From Promethearchaeota archaeon (GTDB lineage: Archaea > Asgardarchaeota > Heimdallarchaeia > Hodarchaeales > Hodarchaeaceae), in contig JBHLMN010000012.1 in NCBI GenBank assembly GCA_048938105.1, positions 32,001 through 96,000 of the forward strand: a stretch of 64,000 bases of DNA. Direction: 5' to 3'. Below, in pieces: positions 51,686 through 61,403 of the stretch. Positions within the stretch are counted from its first letter, which is position 1. Each line of letters opens with the position of its first letter. The notes beneath the pieces are model-generated. The model was not told where the DNA came from. It saw only the letters and a program-made list of their open reading frames with translations, and did no database searches. The translations under genes were made by a program, and so were the position numbers.

Positions 51686-53884
51686 GTGAATCATATGCCT
51701 TTAGCTTTAAACATTGGTTATACTCCAGCACAGATAGATTTTTTTGACAGAAAATTCAATAAAATCAAAGAATATATTGATTTCGTAGATATTAAGTCCT
51801 CATTCCTAGTACAAAGAAACTCTATTGCCTCTATTGTACGAGCTTTAAGTTCCAAAAGTATTCGAGCATTTCTAGAAAGTGGTGGATTTTTTAATTTAAA
51901 TTTTGATGTGCCTAGAGATAGTAATTATATACCTGTTAATTCCACAAAATCCAAGAATAATTTCTTAGACTTTATAACTGAATTCAGTGACACACCTGCT
52001 TATTTCCAAGATAGTTGTAATAATCTAATCCTCCCAGTGATTTTAGATGGTGATAGTTCATTAAATCATCAGTACAAAAATTCTCTTTCGAATTTTATAT
52101 TAAATAATCTAAATAAAATTGATCGAATCTTCGATAAGCTCCTGATTAGATATCATTTTATAAAAAACAATTCAGAAATTGAATATTATATTAACGAGAT
52201 TGAAAGATACGAGGGGGATTATAAAAATAATATTAAGGAAAGTTTTTCTTTGTTTCTCAATATACCAGAGTGGCATCAGAAATTAGGGCAAAAAAAAACT
52301 CTACAATTATTGAGAAAACTTCGAGACACTGGTAGGAAAGTAGAAGTTTACCAAATTGCCGACTACCAGATCATAGATAATCAGGTACATTCTAATATAA
52401 CCATTGGTGAGGGGAGAATATCTTGGAGACCTTTCCTCAGTTACTTTAAAAATTCAAACATATTACTAGCAACAAAAGACGGCATTTCGTCAGTAAAAAA
52501 AAGTATGGCGCATTTAGGGGAAATTTCGATTAACAAGAAAGATAGAATTGATGGGAATTCCGTTGTTACGGGATTCTTTTTTTCTAGGGATAAAAAATCA
52601 TTCTTTCAATCGTCACCTGGTACAAAAATGGCATTAAAGTATATTAAGGACAATAAAATTAATGTAAACTCGATTCTAGATTTAGGTTGTGGAAATGGGA
52701 GGAATTCTTTTTATCTATCAAAAAATATAGATGCGAAAGCACATCTAATAGATATTGACAGAGATTTGTTAAACTATGTTAAGCTTAAATTCAAAACTTT
52801 TAATGTTAAAACTCCAGAGATAGAGGTAATAGATCTGGAAAATTTCGACCTATCACTTTTTAATACTAAATATGATATTACACTGCTTAGTTATGTGCTT
52901 CAGAATATATTTCCTGCTAATTATTTCAAATTGATGGATTTCTGTAGGATTATAACAAGAAAACTAATGATTTTCGAGATCTATGTCAATTTAAATGTTT
53001 ATCCAGAAGGAATGGTTACAAAACGAGGAGAGACTTTTTGGTATGGCTTTTCAAGCGATGAAGTCTTTAAATTATTTGAATCCTTTTTCGACGTAATAGG
53101 ATGGGATGTGAAAAAAGGAAAAGCGAATCCTTTAATGATTTCAATTGTTGGTAAACCGAGGGATACTGTAACAAATGGGGAAAGTATTTTAAGGCGGTAT
53201 AATAACATACAAACAGTTGACTATAGCTCAATAAGAAAGATTTATCCCAAGAAACAGGTTTCAACTAGAAAAAAAGTAAAAACAATTAGTTCTACAAAAA
53301 GAAAAGAGAGAATGATTGATAAAACTAACACAGATCATTGGAGGATACTATCCTCTCATTTATTGTCTACTGGATTGAGTAAAACTCAAATCAGTGTTTT
53401 GGAGTCAAAACTAGAAGAACTTGATTCATCATATAAACTAAAAGCTCCAGAAAATTTTGGTGCCTTACTTTTTTTAGTTGCTAGATTAAATCGCATTCCG
53501 ATTCATCTACAAGAGATTGTCAAGATTCTTGATGTTCGTAGGAAAGATATTCATCGTACAATGAAAGAAATTCAATATAGACATAATATCGCACGTAATC
53601 TTCCAAGTTTAGAAGCTTTTTTTGAACGATATTTTACAATTTTAAATCTAAATGAAATTTACGAAAGATCTCCTTCAGAGATCATTGAAGAAATAAAGAA
53701 TAATTATAACTGTAACCTTCTGGGATCCTTGCCTCACATATCAGCTCTAGCTATTGCAATACATCTTTTACGGTCTTCTGATAAAAGATCTAACCCTTCT
53801 CAGCTTGCTAGAAAAGTGTATATTTCCCCCTCTTCTCTTAAAAACAAACTTAGATTATTAGAAGGTATTCAGCTGGTTCAGTAA
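51686..53884 (+). CDS. Multidomain protein: unknown N-terminal domain, class I SAM methyltransferase, C-terminal TFIIB-like cyclin repeats
   Basis: ILDLGCGNGRNS, LIDID, YDITLLSYVLQ; C-terminal ALLFLVARLNRIPIHLQEI ... SQLARKVYISPSSLKNKLRLL. Confidence 0.75.
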   Translation: MNHMPLALNIGYTPAQIDFFDRKFNKIKEYIDFVDIKSSFLVQRNSIASIVRALSSKSIRAFLESGGFFNLNFDVPRDSNYIPVNSTKSKNNFLDFITEFSDTPAYFQDSCNNLILPVILDGDSSLNHQYKNSLSNFILNNLNKIDRIFDKLLIRYHFIKNNSEIEYYINEIERYEGDYKNNIKESFSLFLNIPEWHQKLGQKKTLQLLRKLRDTGRKVEVYQIADYQIIDNQVHSNITIGEGRISWRPFLSYFKNSNILLATKDGISSVKKSMAHLGEISINKKDRIDGNSVVTGFFFSRDKKSFFQSSPGTKMALKYIKDNKINVNSILDLGCGNGRNSFYLSKNIDAKAHLIDIDRDLLNYVKLKFKTFNVKTPEIEVIDLENFDLSLFNTKYDITLLSYVLQNIFPANYFKLMDFCRIITRKLMIFEIYVNLNVYPEGMVTKRGETFWYGFSSDEVFKLFESFFDVIGWDVKKGKANPLMISIVGKPRDTVTNGESILRRYNNIQTVDYSSIRKIYPKKQVSTRKKVKTISSTKRKERMIDKTNTDHWRILSSHLLSTGLSKTQISVLESKLEELDSSYKLKAPENFGALLFLVARLNRIPIHLQEIVKILDVRRKDIHRTMKEIQYRHNIARNLPSLEAFFERYFTILNLNEIYERSPSEIIEEIKNNYNCNLLGSLPHISALAIAIHLLRSSDKRSNPSQLARKVYISPSSLKNKLRLLEGIQLVQ

Positions 53885-53889
53885 CAATT

Positions 53890-55125
53890 GTGGTAAATAT
53901 GGATCCATATGAATTTAGAAATTCTATTCCTCTTCTACGAAACAATCCAGATATCGTCTATTTAGATTCAGCTACAACTACATTAATTCCTGATACTGTA
54001 ATACAACGAATGAAAGAATTTTATGAAGAAATTGGGGTCATTCCAAATCGTGGAGCTTATGATTTAGTACTTCAATCAAATAAGACTTTAAATAAGGTAC
54101 GAAATAGTGTCTCGAATTTTTTTAATGTTGATTTTAATAGAATCGCCTTCACAACGAGTACTTCACATGGTTCTGCAACAGCGATCGCTGTTACAAACCT
54201 TACAAAGAAAGATAGAGTTTTATTTGCATCAAATTTACACAATTCGTCATTTTTAAATTGGTTTAGATTTGTACAAAAGAACTCAATAAATTTTGACTTC
54301 ATTAAATTGAATAAAGATGGTCAAGTCTTAATAGATGATTTAGAAGATAAAATTTCTCTGAAGATTCCCGGTAGAACAATAGTAGTTTTAGATCATGCAC
54401 CAATGGGTTTTGGTACGTTATTAAATTTAAATGTTGCATCAGAGGTAATACATAACACAAAAGATTCATATCTTTTTCTTGATGCTACTAGAACAGCTGG
54501 CTTAGTAGATTTAGATATATCAAGAGAAAATATTGATTATCTTGTCTGTCAAAGCCATGTGGGATTCTTTGCTCCTCCTGGAACAGGGATACTTATCGTT
54601 CCAGAGGAAGTTAATGGTGAACCATGTTATATAGGTTCAGGATCTGTAATTGACACTTCTAAAGAGTACTATCATTTATCCCCCTATCCTAATAGTGTTG
54701 AAATTGATAGTGTTAATATTGGAGGTTTAGTTGGATTAGAAGCTGGTATAAAATTGCTTAATGAAATTGGGATAAATGAAATCAGAAATCATTGTATGAA
54801 ATTAATCGAAATCTTCTGTAAAAATGTAGAAATGAGTGATGATATTCTTTTATTTGGATCATCTGATCCTTTAAGTCGGTCAAATTTACTTAGCATTAAA
54901 TTTAAAAATATAAGCTGTCATGACCTTGCCTTTTATGTTCATGAATTGGGAAAAATTTGTGTTCGATCTGGAAGTCTTTGTAGTCATCTACTTATTAGAG
55001 AAATTAATTCTAATATTAATAATGGATTTACACAATTCTCATTTAACTATTATAATACGGAGTTGGATTTAAAAAAAGCAATTGAAATTCTCAACTCAAT
55101 AAATATGAAAAAAAAAGAATTATAA
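53890..55125 (+). CDS. Cysteine desulfurase-like (class V aminotransferase, SufS/DndA-like)
   Basis: YLDSATTT, NRGAY, FTTSTS, LDAT, RSGSLCSH (catalytic Cys). The PLP Lys position reads SHVG. Confidence 0.85.
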   Translation: MVNMDPYEFRNSIPLLRNNPDIVYLDSATTTLIPDTVIQRMKEFYEEIGVIPNRGAYDLVLQSNKTLNKVRNSVSNFFNVDFNRIAFTTSTSHGSATAIAVTNLTKKDRVLFASNLHNSSFLNWFRFVQKNSINFDFIKLNKDGQVLIDDLEDKISLKIPGRTIVVLDHAPMGFGTLLNLNVASEVIHNTKDSYLFLDATRTAGLVDLDISRENIDYLVCQSHVGFFAPPGTGILIVPEEVNGEPCYIGSGSVIDTSKEYYHLSPYPNSVEIDSVNIGGLVGLEAGIKLLNEIGINEIRNHCMKLIEIFCKNVEMSDDILLFGSSDPLSRSNLLSIKFKNISCHDLAFYVHELGKICVRSGSLCSHLLIREINSNINNGFTQFSFNYYNTELDLKKAIEILNSINMKKKEL

Positions 55126-55136
55126 TGTGAAACTCT

Positions 55137-57335
55137 TCATAATTTCATAAGGAGATTGTTAATATCAAATAATTCTTTCATTAATTCATGCTTGTTTTCT
55201 GCATAATCTGCGAAGAAAGTAATTCTTTGATTTTCAATTCTAATTATGTTTTTTGCTAGTCTTGGATGTCTTTCCATTTGATTTGAATTTGGTAGGACTA
55301 TTATATCATAGATTACAACTGGTTCTTCCTTTTTTTTGTTTTTTCTTAGTATTCTACCAGCTCTTTGAATATGTTCTAATGCGGATCCTGAGCTTGCCAT
55401 AAAGATTGCTTTTTCCAAACATGGTATGTCTACGCCTTGGTCTAGGCATTTCATTGCAATTAGTGTATTTATATCTTTATTTGCTAAATTGTTAATATAG
55501 ATTTGCCTTTCTTTGTTATCCATGTTACCATCAATCAGATTAAAACTAATTTTAAACTGTTTTTGTGAATACAATTCCATAATAACGCTTCTTACATCTC
55601 GTGTAATATGCTCTTTATCTCTACAATATATTACACATTTCTCGAACTCTTTCTTATTGATTAAGTCAAGTATGATCGATTTTAAAACTTTTCTTTTGTG
55701 CTTACATTTTTTTATTATATCTGCTCTTTGATTGAGTAATATGGTTCTATAATCCTCTCTTGCTATGCCCCTAATTTTACTTATTTGTGTTGATAAATCT
55801 TCATATTGTTTGATATCATTATCGTCAAAATAACATTTGAAAATTTTGTACTCAAATTTACAGACAACGCCAAGCTCTTGAGCATCTTTCAGCGTTAGTT
55901 CATACAGATCCCTATTTTCATTAAGAAACCAATCAAGTATTTTTAGAGTTCCTTCCTCATCAAAATGTCTTTGAGGAGTAGCACTAAGACCAATTTTATA
56001 GTCGGGGTTAAAATTTTCCATTAAAAATATTCCTGTAGGTGTTCCAAGGCTATGTGCTTCGTCGGCAATAAATAAAACCCTTGATCTCTTGCTTAATCCT
56101 TTTTTATTAATAACCTCTCTATTTAAAATCTCGGGTTTAAGCGATTTGTATGTTCCAACTATATAGCAGTGATCTTGCTCTAATAGCAGTATTTTATCTA
56201 TGTGATTCCGTAGTTCTTTCTTCCAAGTAGGGTTCTCATGGTAGCATTTGATAACATATTTCGAATATCTATTTAATTCTTTATACCATTGATCAACTAA
56301 ATATCTATCAGGAACCCCAATAATAGTTATAAGTTTTAATCCTTCTTTCTTAAGTTTTAAATATAAATTATAACTAGCAAAAATCGATGTTTTAGTTTTT
56401 CCTGTTCCTGTTGCCATTGCAAGAAATCCAATGAACTTATTCTTATCCAAGTGATCCAATGCATCTCTTTGAGGTTCCCATGGTTTATCTTTCTCGATGT
56501 TGGGTATTAATAACCCTTCAGTGAAATTCCAAGTAGAATTCTTGCTAAATTCCTCAAACAATTTGTAAAAAGAAGTGGTTTTTATGTGTTCATTAAAAAC
56601 GTGATCAAAATGAGAAAAATTTATTTTATTTAAATCTTTAGGTTTGTATTTTGAGATAATATAATCTTTTAATCCTTTGGGAAAAGAAGAAACTTTAAGA
56701 CATGAATCTTTGTTATCCCAATATAATTGAAATTTCTCAAAATCCAATTGTGCATATTTTTTTGTATCATCCCAACTTCTAAACGTTTTTATTTCTTCAC
56801 GATTTTGTGACCAAGCCATATAAGTCATGTTTGAAGAACCTGAAAACGAAATATAATCTTGACCATCACTCAAAATCCCAATCTTTTCGTGTAAAATCCT
56901 CTCGAATAATAATTCCGATATTTTTTCTTCTGTACTAAATACTGGAATTGCAAATTTGATTTCTATTCTATTATAGTACAATAACCAGGCTAATAATTTA
57001 TAATGTTCATCTAGATCAGACCTTAAATTTATTTGATTAAGAAAATCCTCCTTGAGGATCTCTTCAAAATTCTCTGCTAACTCATTTCTTGCCATTAAAA
57101 GTAAATTTAATTCCTGATTTCTTGGAACTCCAATGATGATTTTTATTTTTCCATTATTTTTTTGGATAAAATTATACAATCCGTAAAATAATGGAATAAA
57201 AATCTTTGCTGAAAAATATCCAGTAATATACCAAAATTTTTTTGATTCATTGAGTACAGGTACTAAAAATTCATCAAAAAGGTTATCCCAACCCGTTGTA
57301 TAACTAATTTTGAGTTCCAAGTCCCTTAAAGGCAA
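55137..57335 (-). CDS. pbeA: PLD + SF2 (DEAH) helicase, phosphorothioation-associated restriction component (PbeA-like)
   Basis: TGYFS, LHEKIGILSD...GSSNMT; MATGTGKT, DEAH, GLSATP, LDQGVDIP, QRAGRILR. Confidence 0.8.
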   Translation of the reverse strand: MPLRDLELKISYTTGWDNLFDEFLVPVLNESKKFWYITGYFSAKIFIPLFYGLYNFIQKNNGKIKIIIGVPRNQELNLLLMARNELAENFEEILKEDFLNQINLRSDLDEHYKLLAWLLYYNRIEIKFAIPVFSTEEKISELLFERILHEKIGILSDGQDYISFSGSSNMTYMAWSQNREEIKTFRSWDDTKKYAQLDFEKFQLYWDNKDSCLKVSSFPKGLKDYIISKYKPKDLNKINFSHFDHVFNEHIKTTSFYKLFEEFSKNSTWNFTEGLLIPNIEKDKPWEPQRDALDHLDKNKFIGFLAMATGTGKTKTSIFASYNLYLKLKKEGLKLITIIGVPDRYLVDQWYKELNRYSKYVIKCYHENPTWKKELRNHIDKILLLEQDHCYIVGTYKSLKPEILNREVINKKGLSKRSRVLFIADEAHSLGTPTGIFLMENFNPDYKIGLSATPQRHFDEEGTLKILDWFLNENRDLYELTLKDAQELGVVCKFEYKIFKCYFDDNDIKQYEDLSTQISKIRGIAREDYRTILLNQRADIIKKCKHKRKVLKSIILDLINKKEFEKCVIYCRDKEHITRDVRSVIMELYSQKQFKISFNLIDGNMDNKERQIYINNLANKDINTLIAMKCLDQGVDIPCLEKAIFMASSGSALEHIQRAGRILRKNKKKEEPVVIYDIIVLPNSNQMERHPRLAKNIIRIENQRITFFADYAENKHELMKELFDINNLLMKL

Positions 57336-57370
57336 TTTAATTCTTCCTATTCAGAGAATAAGGGCATTGA

Positions 57371-57898
57371 TTATTGTTTCTCTTTAATATCATCTTTTAT
57401 TTCGTCTTCCCACTCAATAAGGTTAAAATCTTCGAGTAACTCCGAGTCTGGTGCATCAGCAAGACATATTAATTTAAAATTCCTTTCTCGTGGTAAATTC
57501 CATCCTCCCTTGAAATATTCTTCTGCAATTCGTGAGCATTCACTAAGATCCAACAAAATTTTGTGAATATAATCTCGTTTTTCTTCATTTCTCCCAATTT
57601 CATCCAACATATGACCATAAGCAATTGTTTTTAATATAAAGCCCACTTCTTCACGATCTGATAGTGATGGTACGTTAACGGAATCAGTTTTTTCACGTTT
57701 ACTCCTAGGTAATTCTTTAGGTGATCTACCATTTGCGAATGAGCGAGTAACGCCAATTATAAATCCATCTATTAACCTATTTTTGAAGGAACATTGTTGA
57801 TATCTCTTTTTTTTATCTTTAATCTCTTTTAATATGTCATTAGCCTCAATTTCTAAGTATATATTCCTGTATAAAGTCTGTTTTTCCTTTTTTGACAT
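57371..57898 (-). CDS. Phosphorothioation-associated small protein (dnd-associated protein 4 / PbeD-like)
   Basis: C-terminal IAEEYFKGG resembling the EEYANGG motif; position after the SMC-like ATPase. Confidence 0.6.
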   Translation of the reverse strand: MSKKEKQTLYRNIYLEIEANDILKEIKDKKKRYQQCSFKNRLIDGFIIGVTRSFANGRSPKELPRSKREKTDSVNVPSLSDREEVGFILKTIAYGHMLDEIGRNEEKRDYIHKILLDLSECSRIAEEYFKGGWNLPRERNFKLICLADAPDSELLEDFNLIEWEDEIKDDIKEKQ

Positions 57899-57899
57899 G

Positions 57900-59990
57900 C
57901 TATTTCCTCACTAATTTAGCATTATCATTTTTTGGATTTTCTATTTCATATTTTATTCCAATTTTTTGGTCAAAAATTGGTCTTAAATCTTCTATTTCAT
58001 TAATATCAGGTTTAGTGGCAAGTAAATTATTTTCCTTAGCAAAGAAAATAATTTGATTCCCTGAATATATTCCTGGTAATTTTTCGACAACTTGTTTTCG
58101 AGTTTCTGAGTCGATATTCCCAAAAGGAGAGTCAAAAATTAAAGGTAATTCGACATCTAGTACTTTTGCCAATGAAGATATAAAGGACATTCCTACAATA
58201 TTAGTTTGACCAGTCGATGTATTCATAATTTTTGAACCAGAACTAAAGATGGCCTCAAAAATCCATCCTTTTCCAATATCTTTTATGTTTAATGACAACC
58301 AATTTTCTGGATCTCTTACTAAAGTTTTTAATGTCTCTAAAGTTTCTTCCTCACACTTTTTTCGAATAACTTCAGCTACATTCTCTTCAATTTCAGAAAT
58401 TATTTTTAAATAAAATTCAGTTAAAGATCTACATTTTTGATAACATTCAGACTTGTCAGTAGATTTATCTGTTTCAGATACCATTTTATTATATTGTTTT
58501 TCCGCGTTTAGCTTATCATTTTTGATGTTATCAATTTCCATAAGGTAGTGCAGTTTATCTTGTTCAATTGATCCGATTAATTGATCTCCCAAAGAAATTT
58601 GATTTTCTAAATCTATAATTTCTTGATACCATTCTTCTGATTGTTCTTCAGGTGTTAATTTCGTTTTTAGTACATCAATTTTTGTTTTTATTTCAATAAC
58701 CTCTTGATTTATTTTTAGAAATTCCTTTTGATTTTCTAAAATGCTTTGTTTCCCAGTCTTAAGCAATTTTAACTTTGCTCCTAATTCTGCTTCAAATTTA
58801 ATTGCAGTTTCCCCTAAAATACTATTATCAGCCTTTTTTAGTATTTTATTTATTCTTGCCTTCATTTCAGTATTCCAAGGAGTTCCACAAACACAAGATC
58901 CATGTCTTTCTAATATTGTTTGAAGTACCTCTGATGTAAGTTTTCCAGGAATAATGTCTTTTTCTCTTTTCTCCTTAATATCCTTTAAAATCCTTTTCAT
59001 TGTTTGTTCTAAATATAGAATCGGTAAAAATTGCATCAATAACCTTTCTCGCCTCTCGATGATCTGATCCCTCCTTATTGCTTTCTCCTCTAATTTTTGA
59101 ATCAAATTATTATAGTCTCTTACGAAATCAATCTTACCTTGAACATTTTGTCTTCTGTTCCTTAATTCAGCTAATTCTGATCTTCTAATTTCTAGTTCAG
59201 TTATCTTCTCTGCTACTTTTGTTTCCAATTCTTTTTTCTTTTTTCCAAAATTTTCAATTTCCTCTTTCTTATCCTTTAATTTCTTGCCTTTGGCAGTCAC
59301 AGCTAAGTATTTATTTTGGAAGTAATTACTTGCTCTATCAAGATAAACTTGCAAAGTTTTTATTTTTGGATAATCTGAAATATCCAATGAATAATTTTTC
59401 AAATTCCCTACATTCTCAATAGATAATAAATGATTTAATCCTTCACCAAAAATGAACACGAAATCCCTCATTGATCTAGGAAAATATTTGTTAATCAAAT
59501 TTAAATATATTTCATCTGGATTTGGTACTTTTGATGCATTTTTATAGATTAACTTTCTTTCTGATTTCTTCAATTTTCCATTAGCAAACTGTATCCCTTT
59601 AGCGGTTTTCTTAAATTTTATATATCGATGTAATTCTAAAAAATTTAAGTTTCCAGAACGATCAATTTGTTCAAGTTCAATGCATCCCCCAACTTCAAAA
59701 CTGTTACCTACCTCTATTTTTCTTTTTACTACAGAGTTGGCTGCTTCTTTAATATTATGATCAGTAAAAAATTTGAGTTCCTTTAGCATTTCTTTCTCAT
59801 CAAATGATGGGAATAAAATCCAGTACATTAATTGAAATATCGAACTCTTACCAGAACCTGTATCACCAAGAAACAAAGTTACATTTTTTTCTTTATCAAC
59901 GGAAAATAACATTTCGTGTTCTCCAACAAATGGACCGAAATTAAGAATTCTCATTTTTTTGAAGGTTAAGCGAGGATTTTGAACCAACAT
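57900..59990 (-). CDS. DndD/PbeC-like SMC-type ATPase
   Basis: NFGPF, GDTGSGKSS, FIFGE, central CVCG, STGQ, IFDSPFGNID. Confidence 0.85.
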   Translation of the reverse strand: MLVQNPRLTFKKMRILNFGPFVGEHEMLFSVDKEKNVTLFLGDTGSGKSSIFQLMYWILFPSFDEKEMLKELKFFTDHNIKEAANSVVKRKIEVGNSFEVGGCIELEQIDRSGNLNFLELHRYIKFKKTAKGIQFANGKLKKSERKLIYKNASKVPNPDEIYLNLINKYFPRSMRDFVFIFGEGLNHLLSIENVGNLKNYSLDISDYPKIKTLQVYLDRASNYFQNKYLAVTAKGKKLKDKKEEIENFGKKKKELETKVAEKITELEIRRSELAELRNRRQNVQGKIDFVRDYNNLIQKLEEKAIRRDQIIERRERLLMQFLPILYLEQTMKRILKDIKEKREKDIIPGKLTSEVLQTILERHGSCVCGTPWNTEMKARINKILKKADNSILGETAIKFEAELGAKLKLLKTGKQSILENQKEFLKINQEVIEIKTKIDVLKTKLTPEEQSEEWYQEIIDLENQISLGDQLIGSIEQDKLHYLMEIDNIKNDKLNAEKQYNKMVSETDKSTDKSECYQKCRSLTEFYLKIISEIEENVAEVIRKKCEEETLETLKTLVRDPENWLSLNIKDIGKGWIFEAIFSSGSKIMNTSTGQTNIVGMSFISSLAKVLDVELPLIFDSPFGNIDSETRKQVVEKLPGIYSGNQIIFFAKENNLLATKPDINEIEDLRPIFDQKIGIKYEIENPKNDNAKLVRK

Positions 59991-59994
59991 AGCG

Positions 59995-60240
59995 TTAGCT
60001 TCCTACTCCGTGTTTGATTTTACTCATCTTTTCTATTATTTGGTTATACATATGATCGATTTTTTGTTTTTTTGCTTTATTTTCCTCATAAGGCCATTCT
60101 TTTTCAAAATAAATAAATTCAAATAGCTCATTGAAGAAATTAAATGGATCACCTATTTCTTTTTTAACATCTTCAGGAATTACTTTCTCCCAAGTTGATT
60201 TATACTCATTTAATAGAGTTTTAAAATTAATTTTCTTCAT
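59995..60240 (-). CDS. Small protein heading the pbe-like operon (PbeB-like by position)
   Basis: 81 aa, GGGGAAG SD, 4 bp before the ATPase gene. Confidence 0.55.
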   Translation of the reverse strand: MKKINFKTLLNEYKSTWEKVIPEDVKKEIGDPFNFFNELFEFIYFEKEWPYEENKAKKQKIDHMYNQIIEKMSKIKHGVGS

Positions 60241-60679
60241 TAAGAAGTCTTCCCCTATTTTACGTTCTTAAAAATAGTTTAGACTAAGCTCTACTATTTT
60301 TGTATTCATAATAAATAAGAATTTTACTCGTGAATATTGGATTGTCACAAGAGTAGTAATATTAAAACCTATTGATTTTTATGAATTTTTCAAACAACCT
60401 ATATACTTCTATAAACTATTTATCACATTTTAGAAGCAGCGAATTTTCATTACAATCTGTACTAAAAGCTTATTAACAAAATTAAGAAGAGAACGGACTT
60501 TTCTTAACTTTTATAATAAGGAAGTCAATTTTTTCAATAGAATGTTATATCAATGCAATTTGGTAAAGGAATCTATTGGTTATTTTCCTAGATTTTACAA
60601 TATTGAAATTCTGTCCAGTTTTTTCTTGCATCATTTTATATAAATAAAAAGGCTATAAAATTAATATTCGATTTCTTTT

Positions 60680-60707
60680 TCGTCGCAAAATGGCACTTTG
60701 ACGACAT
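60680..60707 (-). repeat. 28-bp dif-like site, copy 11 (both arms intact; right island border)
   Basis: Top strand TCGTCGCAAAA-TGGCAC-TTTGACGACAT; an 11-6-11 imperfect palindrome. Confidence 0.8.
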
Positions 60708-60725
60708 TCATTATAGAAGAACAGG

Positions 60726-61403
60726 CTATAGATTATCATTCATTGATTTAGGTTTCATAGATTCAAAACCTTTCTTTTCAGCATAATTCCGCAAATCCTC
60801 TAAAAATACTTTAGTTTTCATGTGTACTCCTTCTAAAATCGATTTCTCGACCTCAATCGTTTTCTCATAAGGAATAGGTACTTCTAAAGCAGCAATTTTG
60901 CTTAGAAGTCGTTCATATTGAAAAATAAGATCAGTTATTTTAATAATTTCAGGCCTTTTATATAATAAAGTAATAATAATGATGATTATGCATGATAAGA
61001 AACATAATACATATTTTACTAATGAATAGAATTCAACAGCTTCTGCTGGAATAATTTGATCTAATGGAATAAAAGCAGTCATGAATAAAGCAAGCGCACT
61101 GAGTAGATCTCCCCAAAAAGCGTCCCATTTTCTTACAACAAGAGGATGTCTAACTGAGGCTAATGTATGACCAAATATAAGAGGATCTAAAGGCTTCTCT
61201 ATTCGAAAAATTAGAAGTGGAATGGTTATGAGTGAGGAAAGGAATACGTAGATTGAGAGTAGATGAAAGACGGATTCCGAGGTGGTGAAATCCAGAACGT
61301 ATAATCGAAATGCTATATTTGTGATCAAGACAAATGTCACCCAAAGATACCCCGCTACCACACGTCTTCCTTCTTGTTGTTGAAGATTAAACATTAATGA
61401 CAT
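60726..61403 (-). CDS. Hypothetical membrane protein (about 4 TM)
   Basis: Four hydrophobic segments; GAGGA SD. Confidence 0.7.
   Translation of the reverse strand: MSLMFNLQQQEGRRVVAGYLWVTFVLITNIAFRLYVLDFTTSESVFHLLSIYVFLSSLITIPLLIFRIEKPLDPLIFGHTLASVRHPLVVRKWDAFWGDLLSALALFMTAFIPLDQIIPAEAVEFYSLVKYVLCFLSCIIIIIITLLYKRPEIIKITDLIFQYERLLSKIAALEVPIPYEKTIEVEKSILEGVHMKTKVFLEDLRNYAEKKGFESMKPKSMNDNL

Noticed and set aside
1599-60707. The 28-bp repeats as a CRISPR array or integron attC sites
   Set aside because: Copies are 0.3-20 kb apart and in mixed orientation, with no regular spacers, no GTTRRRY/RYYYAAC ends and no long attC hairpin.
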